Shown: piece by piece, positions 18,031 to 28,640 of the stretch | Layout of the letters: each line of letters starts with the position of its first letter | How positions within the stretch are numbered: the stretch's first letter is position 1 | Source of the DNA: an uncultured virus (IMG/VR IMGVR_UViG_3300042356_001581) | Taxonomy: Duplodnaviria; Heunggongvirae; Uroviricota; Caudoviricetes | Length of the DNA stretch: 64,000 bases | Direction: 5' to 3' (one strand) | Virus record (IMG/VR): IMGVR_UViG_3300042356_001581 | Program-made: the position numbers and the translations under genes | The notes under the pieces: generated by a model | Told to the model about the DNA's origin: nothing | Database searches by the model: none | What the model saw: only the letters and a program-made list of their open reading frames with translations

Positions 18031-21000
18031 TTAATCGTTTTTATGTGTGTTTGAAGTAGGCTTTGGCAAATCACTTATAATCATTCTTTGATTAACCGCC
18101 ATCATTTTGTTTGGATTTCTATTGATTGGATTAAAACCCATTTTTGCTCTTACTCTACCGTCCTCGTTTAAGTCTATGTCTTCATCAAGCGGTCTAATAA
18201 CTACTTCATTACTTCTACTGCTTACATTGTCCGTTAGGTCTATTGGCTCATCAATAACATCTACCTCAACCTCTGTTTCAGGGTATCTAAAACTTCTCTC
18301 GTTGTCTGCCCTCATAAACCCGTCATTGTCGTCAAACATTCCGCCGTCAGCAAAATAACTTTCTAATTCTTTTATTTTTTCAACAAAATTAGATTTATCT
18401 GTTCTAACCTCTTCTTTATTATTTAATGTTTTTGCATAAACAAAAAAGCCATTTTTACCATATACTTTTGGAGGAGTGGCAACTAATCTTAGTTTAGTTC
18501 CTTTGGGAATTAACTCATTTGAATATGAGGCATAAACATCTTTTTTTAAAGTTATAATACTTCCTTTTTCTATATCTCCGCCGTCAGCATAACCAAAAGA
18601 TTCTTTTTGTTCAATTTCTCTAAATAAAGTGTCTAATTTTTTATCTTCTTGTCTTGAAAACCATTGAGATTTTGCAGACAGATAACTTTTAGCAGGAGAA
18701 ACACCTCTTACACCTTTAATTTTTTCATAATCATTTTCGGTCATAAACATAATCGTAGTCCCTGCACTTGTGTTAGCACCTCCAAGTGAGTACAACGAGA
18801 TGTATTTTACATCACTTCTATTTATTTGTTTGGTTGCTCTATGGCTTCCTGAATTAACAAAAACATATCCCTTTGGAGCGACTAACTTATTTGCATCTTT
18901 TTTAACCACCGTTTTTGGAGCAAGGGTTGAATTTTCAAATCTCCCTTTTTCTTCCATAGCATTAACTAATTTTAATACTAATTCATCGCTACCTTTCATT
19001 AAATTAGTTCTACCAATAAAACCCTCTTTTTCTTCGGAAGTTCTGATAAAGTCAATATTTCCGTCAGGAGTTTGTAAATAAAAATCTCCGTAACCATAAT
19101 GTTTCAATTCTGTATTAGGTAAATTACCTTGAGATTGATTTACAAAATTACTATCTACAAAAACCTCAAATTTACCTCCACCACTAACGTCCATTTTAAA
19201 ATGCGCTTTGGTTTCGTCTATTTTAGGAGGAGTATTTGTAGTCTGTGAATAATACATTGGATTATTACCAAAATCTTCAACTTGTTTTAATGCTTCTTTA
19301 ACCGAAAAACCATATCCTGTCATTGGATTTCCGTCAACGTCAATAAAGTCGTATTGTCTTGAACCATTTAGACCTGTTACATAACTTTTTGCTAAAGCAA
19401 GGTTTATCGTTTTACCATTGATTACAACTTTATGATTAAAGTTTACGTTTGGATAGTTTGGGCTTGTAACTTTTCCCGTTTTAGGAGGAGTACTTGCGTT
19501 CTTTTTACCCATAGGCTCTGCCCCTTTCTTAATCCAATACCCGTTTACAGGATGTATTACATCTCCATTTTTAAGTTCAACTGAAATTACATCACGTTTA
19601 GCAATGTAGAAAGCAATTTTACTCAAATCCCCACCTTTTTCCATTAGGTTCGCTCCATTAAGAACGTCTTCGCCTTTAAAACTTACTTCTTTGCCTTTAT
19701 AGTTTACTGTAACGCTTTTAATATCATCGTGGTCGATGTATTTTTTTGGTTTTGAAGAAGTTTTTGTTGGTTTTGGTTTCAAGAATAAATCCTCAATCAT
19801 AGTCGCTACTTTTGAACCTGCCATTTTTGTTATAAAGAAGTAGGCGTTAATAATATCATCTCCATCATAATCACATTCTCTTGCGACTTCTCTTGCGAAA
19901 GAAGCCACTTCTTCATTTGGATTAAAAGATTCTGCTCGATATAAATCATCAGACCACTTTGTTTTACCTTCTGCCTTTACAACAACTTGTTTTGCTTCAT
20001 CGTGAAAGTTAGCATCAGTTAAAGATTCTACTAATGCTTGTGTCATTATTTTATTATATTCTGAAGTAGCCCAATCACTAATTTCAAAACCTCTTACATC
20101 GGCTAATTTTTGTATTTTCTTGTTTAACATACCGTTAATTTGACCACCACCTAAAAAGTAAGCATCGTTCATAAATTCAGTTCCGTTTGAAACGTTTGGA
20201 GCGAAAGAACCGCCGTTAGCCATTTTATCTAATTTTTTCCAAATACCTCTACTTATAAAGAAATTAATGTTGTTAGCAGAATAAATAGAATGTTCTCCAT
20301 CTTCCCAAGTTACATTATACACATTAGGAATATCGCTTTCTTTTCCAATTGTAAGTTGCATTTTTTCTTTTTTATCAAAATACTTTTCGCCTTGACCTAC
20401 TTTGAACTTTAATGCACCACCGTCAGCCATTTTTTCACTCAACAATTCATTCCATTGAGAGATAGTATATTGACCATATCTTTTTCTTGCTTCTGAATCA
20501 GAAATATTAAATTTCTGCATAGCCTTATAAATGTTTTCTCCATAAGTTTTAGATGGAGGTAAAACATCTCCGCCGTCAGCCATTTTATATGCTTTATCAG
20601 ATTTTGCAAAAGCAACAACTTCTTTTTGTTTAGGATTATTTTTATTACCCACTAAAGCAGTAACAAAATCGCTTGGGCTTATCATTTTTCTACCAAGACC
20701 TGACATTAAATTGGATAATTCTGAATCAGTTAAATTATTCTCATTTGCAAAAGCATCAACACTTGTTGCTCTTGTTCGTGTCAAAGAAGCAATTTGCTCA
20801 ATGTAGAGTTCTCTCATAGATGGTCTGCTTTTAGTCTTTCCACCGTAAGCATAAACTCCATTTATAAATTGAGTTCCGTCTGAAACGTCAGGAGTAAAAC
20901 CGCCGTCAGCCATTTTTTTAGTTCTCCAATCTTTTTCGCTTACTCTAATGTATTCTGTATCAAACGCTTCGTTAAGAGCATCTTGCGCTTTGTTTTTATC

Positions 21001-24000
21001 TCCATTGAAGACCACAACTTCGGGTTGGTTAAACCAACCTCTGTCGTTTTCTAAACGAATATTTTTAGCACCTATTTTTTCTAAAACAGACATTATTTTT
21101 TCTTCATCGTATTTGTTTGAAGTAAAATAACTTGAATATTCAACGTATAATGCTTTTCCTAAAGAACCGCCTTCAGCATAACTTCCGTAATCAAATTCTC
21201 TTCGGTAGTCCGCACCTTTTTGAGTTATTTTATAACCCAAACCGCTTTCATCTACAAATCCTTTTTCTATCAAAGAACTTAATGCTTTTTTTACTTTTTG
21301 TGTTTGAGCTTCAGTTGCATTTTGATTAAATCTATAATTGCTAAATCCTATTGATTCATACAGCCCATTAAGATTAAGACCATCATTATAACCTGCTAAA
21401 CCTCCTAAAACTTTTAATTCAAATCTTTCGTCTTCTGATAATTCTTTTGCGTTTTTTAAAGAACCACCGTCTTTGTAAATACCTTGACTTGCGCCCTCGC
21501 CCAAGTAGTAATTAACATAAGATTGAGAAGCATCATTGATTACTTGTTGGTTTTGAGCCATAGCCCCACCTGCTTCAAAAATTTCATTTCCATCCCAATT
21601 ATAAATTTGAAGACCTTTGGTATCTAAAGCAATTTGCATATCCTCTTTTACAGATTCTCTATTCACTCTTGAATTTAAAGCACTTTCAACACTTCTTACA
21701 TCACTTGCTCCTGTATCTCCTTTAAAATATCTAAACCATCTTCTTTTTCCTAAAAGTTTGTTTAAAGTTGAAATCAATTTTTCGTCTGAAATTTTTCCCT
21801 CTAAAAAAGACTGAAATGCTTTATACATAGCATTTTTTATATCTTCTACTTTAGTTGTTTTTTCAATTCCACCGCCATTCTCGAACAACTCTCCACTTGA
21901 CATAGCACCTGTTTCTCCAACAAGACCTGTATAGTTAGTTCCTGAAACTCCACTTAAAGGCATTGGATTACCCAAACCATCAGAACCTCCCGTATGACCT
22001 GCTAAATCTGTCATTACAAATGCTCCGCCAAGTTCAAACTTTTTACCTGCAATTTTTAACGATTCTAAATCAACATCAATACTATCATTTGTAGCAAACA
22101 TTTCATTAATTTGATTATACACCTCATCTTCCAATTCTTGACCTTTAATATCTTCAAATGCTACACTATAACTTTTTGCAATTGCAGAATATTTATTATC
22201 TCCAATTTTCTTTACATCTATCAAATCCATCATATCACCACCAATATTACCATTTAGATACAAATCTTCGTCTGATGTTGTAAATTCAATAACGTGATTT
22301 AATGTATGTCCGTCTGTTTCTCCACCGTGAGCAAACGCACCTGTATTTTGGAAGTTTCCAAAGTTAGGGTCTGTCATAAATGGAAGTGAGCCGCCGTTAG
22401 CCATTTTTAATGATTCCAAGTGTTGACCCCAATAAGAGAAAAATCTTTCTTCTTCTTCTTTATCCCCATCGTTTACTGCTTTTTCTAATTTTTCCAAGTC
22501 ATCTTTCAAGAAATTATACATTCTACCATTAGTTTTGGTTTCAAGAGATTTCAAGTGACCAGAACTACCAAGCCAATAAGAGAAAAATCTTTCTACTTCT
22601 TCTCTGTCGCCATCACTTATTGCTTCTTCTAATTCCTCCAAATCGTCTTTTAAGAAATTGTACATTCTGTCGTTACCAACAGAACCGCCGTTAGCCATTT
22701 TGTATTGTGAATCTAATTGTTCTTTTGTTATTATTGGATATTTTTGAGATTTAAAATCGCTTAATTTTCTACCGTAATCACTCGCTAGTGCAATATCTCC
22801 ATTATCAAAAATTTCAACAATTTTTTGTTCGTATAAATTAGGCGAAACTTTTGTAGGTTTACCTACCCTGTAAACACCGCTATCCAATTTTCCTGAAATA
22901 CCACCGCCTTTAGCAAAAGAAACATTTTGCATTGTTAGGTCGGTCATTCCGCCGTTGGAAAAACCTTTTGCTTTGTAAAAGGCAAATAACTCTTCAGGGG
23001 TATCTATACCCATTTGACCACCTTTAGGGTTTTCAACCCAAAAAGTTCTCGCATATCTATCAAACTCGTAATATGCAACTTCTTTTCCGTTATGAAGAAC
23101 TTTACCATAACTTCCCTCTTCGTCCGAATCAATATTCTTTAATTCCCAACTATCATCTACATTTCCTCCGTTAGCATAGTTATCTGAACCTAACCATTTT
23201 TTGTAAATAAATTCATAGTCAACACCATAAATTTTAGATAATTCATCGAAGATTCGCTCTCTTACAAGACTATCTCCAACACCAAAAACAGAATAAACAT
23301 CAGTACCTTTATTTAGGGCAGTCCAAACATCTTCAAAGGTAGCGTCTTCATCAAGTTCCTCGCCTAAATCATCTGTTGGATAATTTTCTAAATACCAATC
23401 CTTAATTTTTACATTTTTTTCATCTTCAACACCATCAGGATAAATTTTTAAAACTTTTGGATTTAAAATTAAATCTCTAAGTTTTTCTCCCGTGTCCTTA
23501 ATATAAACATCTGCAAGATTATATGGTTTGTCTTCCTTAATTTTTTCAATAACGAGTTCTTTATTAGAAAAATGATTAATCATATCTAATATCGGTTTAT
23601 CCATATAACGGTTTTTTTGAGTTGGAAAAGAAACAATTTCTCCCACTTTAAAATTATGTTGAATTTTACCGCCTTTAGCATAGTCGTCTTTACTTTGCGC
23701 TTTAGTCCAAAAATAATTTACTACTTCAGGAATGTTCTTTTTGTAGTATGGTTGATTATCCATAGCCCACGCTTTAACCTCTTCTTTGGTTTTAAATGGT
23801 TTTTGCCAAGAACGACCACTCATAATTTGATTGAATGTAGGCTCTAATTCTTGGATAAAATCTCCAACAGTCCAACCCTCCCAAATATGCTTATTCATAT
23901 TGACAGAACCTCCATTTGCATAAACAGGGGTATTGAAAAAGTCTGTGCTATTGTGAATAGACATATTGTCCATCATTCCGCCATCAGCATATTTTTCTGA

Positions 24001-25407
24001 ATTAAACCTATCTCTTAAATTTTCTAAAAACATAAGTTTTAAATTTGCTTTAGAAAGTCTTTCTTCTTTTTGCTCTTCAGTTTCCCCCATATAAATATCT
24101 CTTAAAGACATTTGAATAGGATTAATTTTTCTTTCAAAAGCAGAATTAATTTCCTTTTTAGAATATTCTTCAACAACATTGTTGAATATTTTATTTAAGC
24201 TTTCTTTAGAAACAGGTTTACCGTTAATATCATTCACACTACCAATTAAATCTGCTCTGAATAAAAAGTCAATACTTGCAAATAATTTGTCTTTTGATTT
24301 TTTATCTTTTGCGCCCTTAGTTTCCAAAACTTCTTCTAAAGCCTGAATTTCTTTCATAGTAATTAAAACGTCTTTAAAGTCTGTGCTATATTTTTTCAAG
24401 ATAGCCACATCTTTATCATTACCGTTTGCGTCTGCAATTGCTATTCGCATCATAGATGAAAATTCACTATCAGATTTTGACCCGCCACCTGCTTTGATTT
24501 GATAATCCATATAAGAATCATAACTCCATATCATAGCATCACGAACACCTTTTTCAGTTGGTTGTTTTTTATCGTCAAACCAACTTCTTAATGTAGCCGT
24601 AACTTCATTATCTTCGTTAAAATATTTACTGTAAACAATATTTACATTCTTTTGAGCAAGTACATAATCTAAACCCATAAATTTATGTTTGTCAATATAG
24701 TCTTGTAATTCTTGGTCAACACCGTCAACATAATAAGTACCAAATGCGGTAGTTATTTTATCTCCTTTTTTGTATTTTTTAGAGCCAATACTACCCCCAC
24801 TTGCTAACAAAGGCATATCTTGTGGGTAATTAGGGGCAAGTCTATCTGTTCTATTTTCTCTGCTTTCGTAATATACGTTACCATCTTTGGAAATTCTTCT
24901 ACCTCTTGGCAACGCAGTTCTTCTCGAATCTCTTTCAACATCAGAATTAGCAAAACCTTGAAGTTCTTTTTTAGTTCTCACAAGAGCTAAAAGCTTTTCC
25001 ATTTCAGTTTTCTTTTTTTCAACAACTTGCTCTCTACGTTGTTTAAGAACGTCTTTTGCACGTTCCATAGCATCTTTCCAAGATTCTCCTGATTTTTGAA
25101 TTTCTTTAGCAACAGACATAATGTTATTGCCTGAATTTTTAGCAGTAGAAGTAGTTGCAGTTTTTTTCGCTTTAACGACTTTCTTGGCTTTAGCTACTGT
25201 TTTAGCAACCACTTGTGGCTTTTTTATAGCATCGGGATTCAATAATTCGATTTGATTTAATATTTTTTCAGCGACTTTGTTTTTCGCTTCATCAGTTTCC
25301 TCGAAATTATTAGTAAGTTTTTTTAATTGCTCCAAAACCTTTTTATCTTTTTCAGTTACTTTAGACTGGTCAATAGTTTCGTATTTTTTTAACAATGTAG
25401 AGTTCAT
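18031..25407 (-). CDS. 2458-aa modular polyvalent protein/polyprotein with ~24 [FYML]xxGG junctions
   Basis: Repeated MADGG/MANGG/YANGG/FExGG separating unrelated modules; basic N-terminal region. Confidence 0.8.
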   Translation of the reverse strand: MNSTLLKKYETIDQSKVTEKDKKVLEQLKKLTNNFEETDEAKNKVAEKILNQIELLNPDAIKKPQVVAKTVAKAKKVVKAKKTATTSTAKNSGNNIMSVAKEIQKSGESWKDAMERAKDVLKQRREQVVEKKKTEMEKLLALVRTKKELQGFANSDVERDSRRTALPRGRRISKDGNVYYESRENRTDRLAPNYPQDMPLLASGGSIGSKKYKKGDKITTAFGTYYVDGVDQELQDYIDKHKFMGLDYVLAQKNVNIVYSKYFNEDNEVTATLRSWFDDKKQPTEKGVRDAMIWSYDSYMDYQIKAGGGSKSDSEFSSMMRIAIADANGNDKDVAILKKYSTDFKDVLITMKEIQALEEVLETKGAKDKKSKDKLFASIDFLFRADLIGSVNDINGKPVSKESLNKIFNNVVEEYSKKEINSAFERKINPIQMSLRDIYMGETEEQKEERLSKANLKLMFLENLRDRFNSEKYADGGMMDNMSIHNSTDFFNTPVYANGGSVNMNKHIWEGWTVGDFIQELEPTFNQIMSGRSWQKPFKTKEEVKAWAMDNQPYYKKNIPEVVNYFWTKAQSKDDYAKGGKIQHNFKVGEIVSFPTQKNRYMDKPILDMINHFSNKELVIEKIKEDKPYNLADVYIKDTGEKLRDLILNPKVLKIYPDGVEDEKNVKIKDWYLENYPTDDLGEELDEDATFEDVWTALNKGTDVYSVFGVGDSLVRERIFDELSKIYGVDYEFIYKKWLGSDNYANGGNVDDSWELKNIDSDEEGSYGKVLHNGKEVAYYEFDRYARTFWVENPKGGQMGIDTPEELFAFYKAKGFSNGGMTDLTMQNVSFAKGGGISGKLDSGVYRVGKPTKVSPNLYEQKIVEIFDNGDIALASDYGRKLSDFKSQKYPIITKEQLDSQYKMANGGSVGNDRMYNFLKDDLEELEEAISDGDREEVERFFSYWLGSSGHLKSLETKTNGRMYNFLKDDLEKLEKAVNDGDKEEEERFFSYWGQHLESLKMANGGSLPFMTDPNFGNFQNTGAFAHGGETDGHTLNHVIEFTTSDEDLYLNGNIGGDMMDLIDVKKIGDNKYSAIAKSYSVAFEDIKGQELEDEVYNQINEMFATNDSIDVDLESLKIAGKKFELGGAFVMTDLAGHTGGSDGLGNPMPLSGVSGTNYTGLVGETGAMSSGELFENGGGIEKTTKVEDIKNAMYKAFQSFLEGKISDEKLISTLNKLLGKRRWFRYFKGDTGASDVRSVESALNSRVNRESVKEDMQIALDTKGLQIYNWDGNEIFEAGGAMAQNQQVINDASQSYVNYYLGEGASQGIYKDGGSLKNAKELSEDERFELKVLGGLAGYNDGLNLNGLYESIGFSNYRFNQNATEAQTQKVKKALSSLIEKGFVDESGLGYKITQKGADYRREFDYGSYAEGGSLGKALYVEYSSYFTSNKYDEEKIMSVLEKIGAKNIRLENDRGWFNQPEVVVFNGDKNKAQDALNEAFDTEYIRVSEKDWRTKKMADGGFTPDVSDGTQFINGVYAYGGKTKSRPSMRELYIEQIASLTRTRATSVDAFANENNLTDSELSNLMSGLGRKMISPSDFVTALVGNKNNPKQKEVVAFAKSDKAYKMADGGDVLPPSKTYGENIYKAMQKFNISDSEARKRYGQYTISQWNELLSEKMADGGALKFKVGQGEKYFDKKEKMQLTIGKESDIPNVYNVTWEDGEHSIYSANNINFFISRGIWKKLDKMANGGSFAPNVSNGTEFMNDAYFLGGGQINGMLNKKIQKLADVRGFEISDWATSEYNKIMTQALVESLTDANFHDEAKQVVVKAEGKTKWSDDLYRAESFNPNEEVASFAREVARECDYDGDDIINAYFFITKMAGSKVATMIEDLFLKPKPTKTSSKPKKYIDHDDIKSVTVNYKGKEVSFKGEDVLNGANLMEKGGDLSKIAFYIAKRDVISVELKNGDVIHPVNGYWIKKGAEPMGKKNASTPPKTGKVTSPNYPNVNFNHKVVINGKTINLALAKSYVTGLNGSRQYDFIDVDGNPMTGYGFSVKEALKQVEDFGNNPMYYSQTTNTPPKIDETKAHFKMDVSGGGKFEVFVDSNFVNQSQGNLPNTELKHYGYGDFYLQTPDGNIDFIRTSEEKEGFIGRTNLMKGSDELVLKLVNAMEEKGRFENSTLAPKTVVKKDANKLVAPKGYVFVNSGSHRATKQINRSDVKYISLYSLGGANTSAGTTIMFMTENDYEKIKGVRGVSPAKSYLSAKSQWFSRQEDKKLDTLFREIEQKESFGYADGGDIEKGSIITLKKDVYASYSNELIPKGTKLRLVATPPKVYGKNGFFVYAKTLNNKEEVRTDKSNFVEKIKELESYFADGGMFDDNDGFMRADNERSFRYPETEVEVDVIDEPIDLTDNVSSRSNEVVIRPLDEDIDLNEDGRVRAKMGFNPINRNPNKMMAVNQRMIISDLPKPTSNTHKND

Positions 25408-25461
25408 ATTTTTAATTTTTAATTTTTAGTATAGTTTTAATAAGTCGTCAAAATTTTTAGT

Positions 25462-26754
25462 TTAATCTAATCCGTATAATGCTAATAAGTCTTCAACGTT
25501 TTCTGTTTCTTCAATCGGTTTTTCTATTACAGCTTCTTTTTTAGTTGGAGGAATTACTTCTACTACTTCGTCACTATCATAATACAAGTCTGTCATTTTA
25601 ATTTCACTTCGTACTTTTTCTCTTATTTTTTGTAAAGCTTCATCTTGATTATCTGCATAAACATCATAAATTGAAGGATATTTTGTACCACCATCTTTTT
25701 CCATTGCAGAAACAATAACGTTTATCTTGTAAAGAGTTTTACTTGCATTTTCGTCAATCACATCATTTATTGGTTCGACAGCTTTTATTAGCTCTTTTTC
25801 TTCGGCTAAAGATACTGAAATTAAATCATAATTTTTACCCTCGTAAATATCGTAAAAATAATTTGGAGCTTTTGCTAAAGCGTCTTCTTCATCAACCCCA
25901 TAAACAAACTCTTCAACAGTTAAAACTTCTTTGTCTGAAGGGTTAAGCTTATAGGTAAATTCAACGTTAAATCTTACTTCTTCCTTACTTTGTTTTTGTG
26001 GTTTTTTTGACTCTGACTTAATACCTATGCTGTTGTTTTCCTTAGCAAGAATTAAAGTTTGCTTAATCAAATTAATAATTTCGTTCTTAATATTTTCTTC
26101 TTTAATTTGATTTAACTTTTTAGAATTAATAACATTGTAAAATTCATCTAAAGTAATTTGTTCCGTAGGATAAGGAGCAAATTCATTGATAATAAAGTCT
26201 TTTCCAATTACTTCTTCAAAAGGCAATCTATCTCTAATTACGTTCCATTCAATATTTTCTTCCGAAGCGAAAGGAGTAATAAGATATTCAGCCCAATTCA
26301 AGTCAAATTCGGGTTGTAAATCGCCCAATCTGCCTAATCTATCAAAGACAATGTATTTTTCTTTTGCTTTATTAAAATCAAACAAAATAGGTCTTATTAA
26401 AGTAAAACTTAAAACTTTTCTTTCTGTCCTACCCATAAGCATCATCTGTTTGTAGTCAAATTCTACAATAGAGCCAACTTCAACGTCATAAACAATTGGA
26501 AATTTATTCAAATTATTTGTAGTAGTAACAACAAATTTAGCATTGAGCTTTTCAATATCGTCTTTATTGGTTAAATCATAATTTTCCCAAGTGAATATAG
26601 GCAATTTATTTTTCCATTCAGAATATGGCGTTGTCAGCATATTTCTGTTGAATTCCACTATAACCATATTGTAAAGAGTTTTGAACAAGACCAAATACAA
26701 AGTATTTCCCTCATTCATTAAATTACCCTCTTTATAGTCCATTATTAATTCCAT
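25462..26754 (-). CDS. Hypothetical protein
   Basis: 430-aa ORF; two similar C-terminal modules (V.G.DEEDAL.K / VYADNQDEALQK). Confidence 0.6.
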   Translation of the reverse strand: MELIMDYKEGNLMNEGNTLYLVLFKTLYNMVIVEFNRNMLTTPYSEWKNKLPIFTWENYDLTNKDDIEKLNAKFVVTTTNNLNKFPIVYDVEVGSIVEFDYKQMMLMGRTERKVLSFTLIRPILFDFNKAKEKYIVFDRLGRLGDLQPEFDLNWAEYLITPFASEENIEWNVIRDRLPFEEVIGKDFIINEFAPYPTEQITLDEFYNVINSKKLNQIKEENIKNEIINLIKQTLILAKENNSIGIKSESKKPQKQSKEEVRFNVEFTYKLNPSDKEVLTVEEFVYGVDEEDALAKAPNYFYDIYEGKNYDLISVSLAEEKELIKAVEPINDVIDENASKTLYKINVIVSAMEKDGGTKYPSIYDVYADNQDEALQKIREKVRSEIKMTDLYYDSDEVVEVIPPTKKEAVIEKPIEETENVEDLLALYGLD

Positions 26755-26770
26755 TTCTTACCTTTTTAAA

Positions 26771-27046
26771 TTATATTTCTGTTGGTTTTAAATCGCCTAA
26801 AAAAGCACCATACTCTAATTGTGTCATTCCTTTTTCCAAATCTTGCCAACCCTTTTCAAGTTCGTAGGTTTCGAGTATTTCTATTTCGTTGTAAATTCCA
26901 CCTTGTCCAATTTTGTAAATAACGTGAACAAAAAATGTATTGGGAATTTCAGAATGTTTCAAAACCTCAACTTTACTCAAAGATACGTTTTTATGTTTAC
27001 CAAAATCTTGATAATAATTTTTCCGTTTTGTTACTTCTGCTATCAT
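26771..27046 (-). CDS. Hypothetical protein
   Basis: 91-aa ORF in operon. Confidence 0.55.
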   Translation of the reverse strand: MIAEVTKRKNYYQDFGKHKNVSLSKVEVLKHSEIPNTFFVHVIYKIGQGGIYNEIEILETYELEKGWQDLEKGMTQLEYGAFLGDLKPTEI

Positions 27047-27047
27047 C

Positions 27048-28637
27048 TTAACTTAATGTTTTATCTATTGCTTTTATTAAATCATTTGTTCGTTCTTGAA
27101 TTCTTAAAACTTCATCAGTAGGCGTTTCGTACACCTTTAAATTTGGGTCGTTTAAATTAGGGACGACTTGTAAATTGTCTCTAATAAGACTTGATAAATA
27201 TCTTCTTATATCTTGTTTTTTATTTGCATCAGTATAATTAGCATATTTCGGTTCGTCCTTTTCTCTAATATAAATACCTTGAATAAATTTTGACGGATTG
27301 TTTGTTAATAACATACCAACGTAATCTAATATTCTATAAACCTCTTCTTTTATTTTTACAAATGTATCTGCGCTATTAGCTCCAGTTAATCTATCGCTTG
27401 TTTTTAAATCTCTTAACCCTCCAAGTATCATTAAACCTTTGTCGTTAATTTTGGTAGTATTTTTTACAGAGCCTTTTTGATTAAAAACCCAATTTTTATA
27501 CATTTGAAAAGCATCATACAAATCATCCCTACTCCCATTTTTAAAACCATACAAAGTTGAACCATAACCATAAGGATATTCGGTACTGTTTGGGTTATTT
27601 ACCTTTTTAGCCATTCTTCTTATGGTAGCTAAACTACGCCAAAGGTTTACCCTAAAAAAACGAATATCAGAAGTAAATGAGGCAAGGTTTCCGAAATCAA
27701 GAGTTTCTCCATATTCTTTTAATGCAAAAGGCAAGAAAACCAAAGTATCTTCAGGCGTATCATAACCCCTAACGCCATAAATTCTAACTTTAACTCCTGC
27801 TTTTTCTAAAATGTCAGCAACGATAAATGTAGGCAAATTTTTTGCCAACATATTTTCGGTGTTTAAATCCCCAAGCCCCCCCACAACGATAAACAAGTCA
27901 ACAAAAGGCGAAATTCCACCACCAAGTTTTTCTCTATACATATAGACTTTCTTAGTAGTAGTAGCGTATTTTAATTTTGCATAAATACCTTTAACTTTAT
28001 CGACTTCAAATCCACAACCATTATAGATTTTACCGTCTTTAAAAGGCAAGAATAACTTGTTAGTTTCTGAATATTCAATTTTTACGTCTTTACAATTTTT
28101 CTCTACTAAAAAAGTTCCTTCTTGTTGTTTTCTTAAATATAATTTGTTTCCTTTAAAATTATAATAAGGAGCTTTATTTATATCGCTTTGTAAAACAAGA
28201 TTACTATCAATTATAATATCGTTAGTTTCATCATAGTATTCAACTTTTCTATACAAACCTTTAGAAGCAATTCCAAAATTGAAAACACCTCTTGGTAAAG
28301 AAGTGAATTTCATTCTTGCAGAATCAAAATCCCCTCCTAAGTCTAAACTCTTTCTAATGTCAGAAAAACTATTTAAGGCATTTTCTAATAAAGGCATATC
28401 GCTAAATACCTTAATTTCGTCATAAGAGAATTGCTCGGCGAGAGATTTACTACTCGTAGAATCGTAACCAAAAAAACTAGGCGTACTTCTAATCATAGTA
28501 TCCGAAGTAGAAACACTATTAATACTATTAATTTCTGTTGGGTTATTCAACCAATAGTCTTCTACTTCTTTTAGCAAATCCCTTTGGGAGTTGTAAAAGT
28601 AAAACTCTAATTTATTTGCAAGACGTGCGTTTATCAT
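27048..28637 (-). CDS. Putative vWA-like partner of the MoxR ATPase
   Basis: Directly downstream of AAA+ gene; VDLFIVVG...VADILEKAGVKVRIYG...LKEYGE resembles a divergent CobT/vWA fold; MIDAS motif not clear. Confidence 0.45.
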   Translation of the reverse strand: MINARLANKLEFYFYNSQRDLLKEVEDYWLNNPTEINSINSVSTSDTMIRSTPSFFGYDSTSSKSLAEQFSYDEIKVFSDMPLLENALNSFSDIRKSLDLGGDFDSARMKFTSLPRGVFNFGIASKGLYRKVEYYDETNDIIIDSNLVLQSDINKAPYYNFKGNKLYLRKQQEGTFLVEKNCKDVKIEYSETNKLFLPFKDGKIYNGCGFEVDKVKGIYAKLKYATTTKKVYMYREKLGGGISPFVDLFIVVGGLGDLNTENMLAKNLPTFIVADILEKAGVKVRIYGVRGYDTPEDTLVFLPFALKEYGETLDFGNLASFTSDIRFFRVNLWRSLATIRRMAKKVNNPNSTEYPYGYGSTLYGFKNGSRDDLYDAFQMYKNWVFNQKGSVKNTTKINDKGLMILGGLRDLKTSDRLTGANSADTFVKIKEEVYRILDYVGMLLTNNPSKFIQGIYIREKDEPKYANYTDANKKQDIRRYLSSLIRDNLQVVPNLNDPNLKVYETPTDEVLRIQERTNDLIKAIDKTLS

Positions 28638-28640
28638 CTC

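Noticed and set aside
13743..23990. CRISPR-like reading of the recurring CCGCCGTCAGC motif
   Set aside because: Only ~11 nt, irregular spacing, in frame within ORFs, no cas genes
12374..25407. Tail tape-measure or tail-fibre annotation for the giant ORFs
   Set aside because: No long helical/TM tape-measure pattern or fibre repeats, no neighbouring tail genes; mosaic of small globular modules
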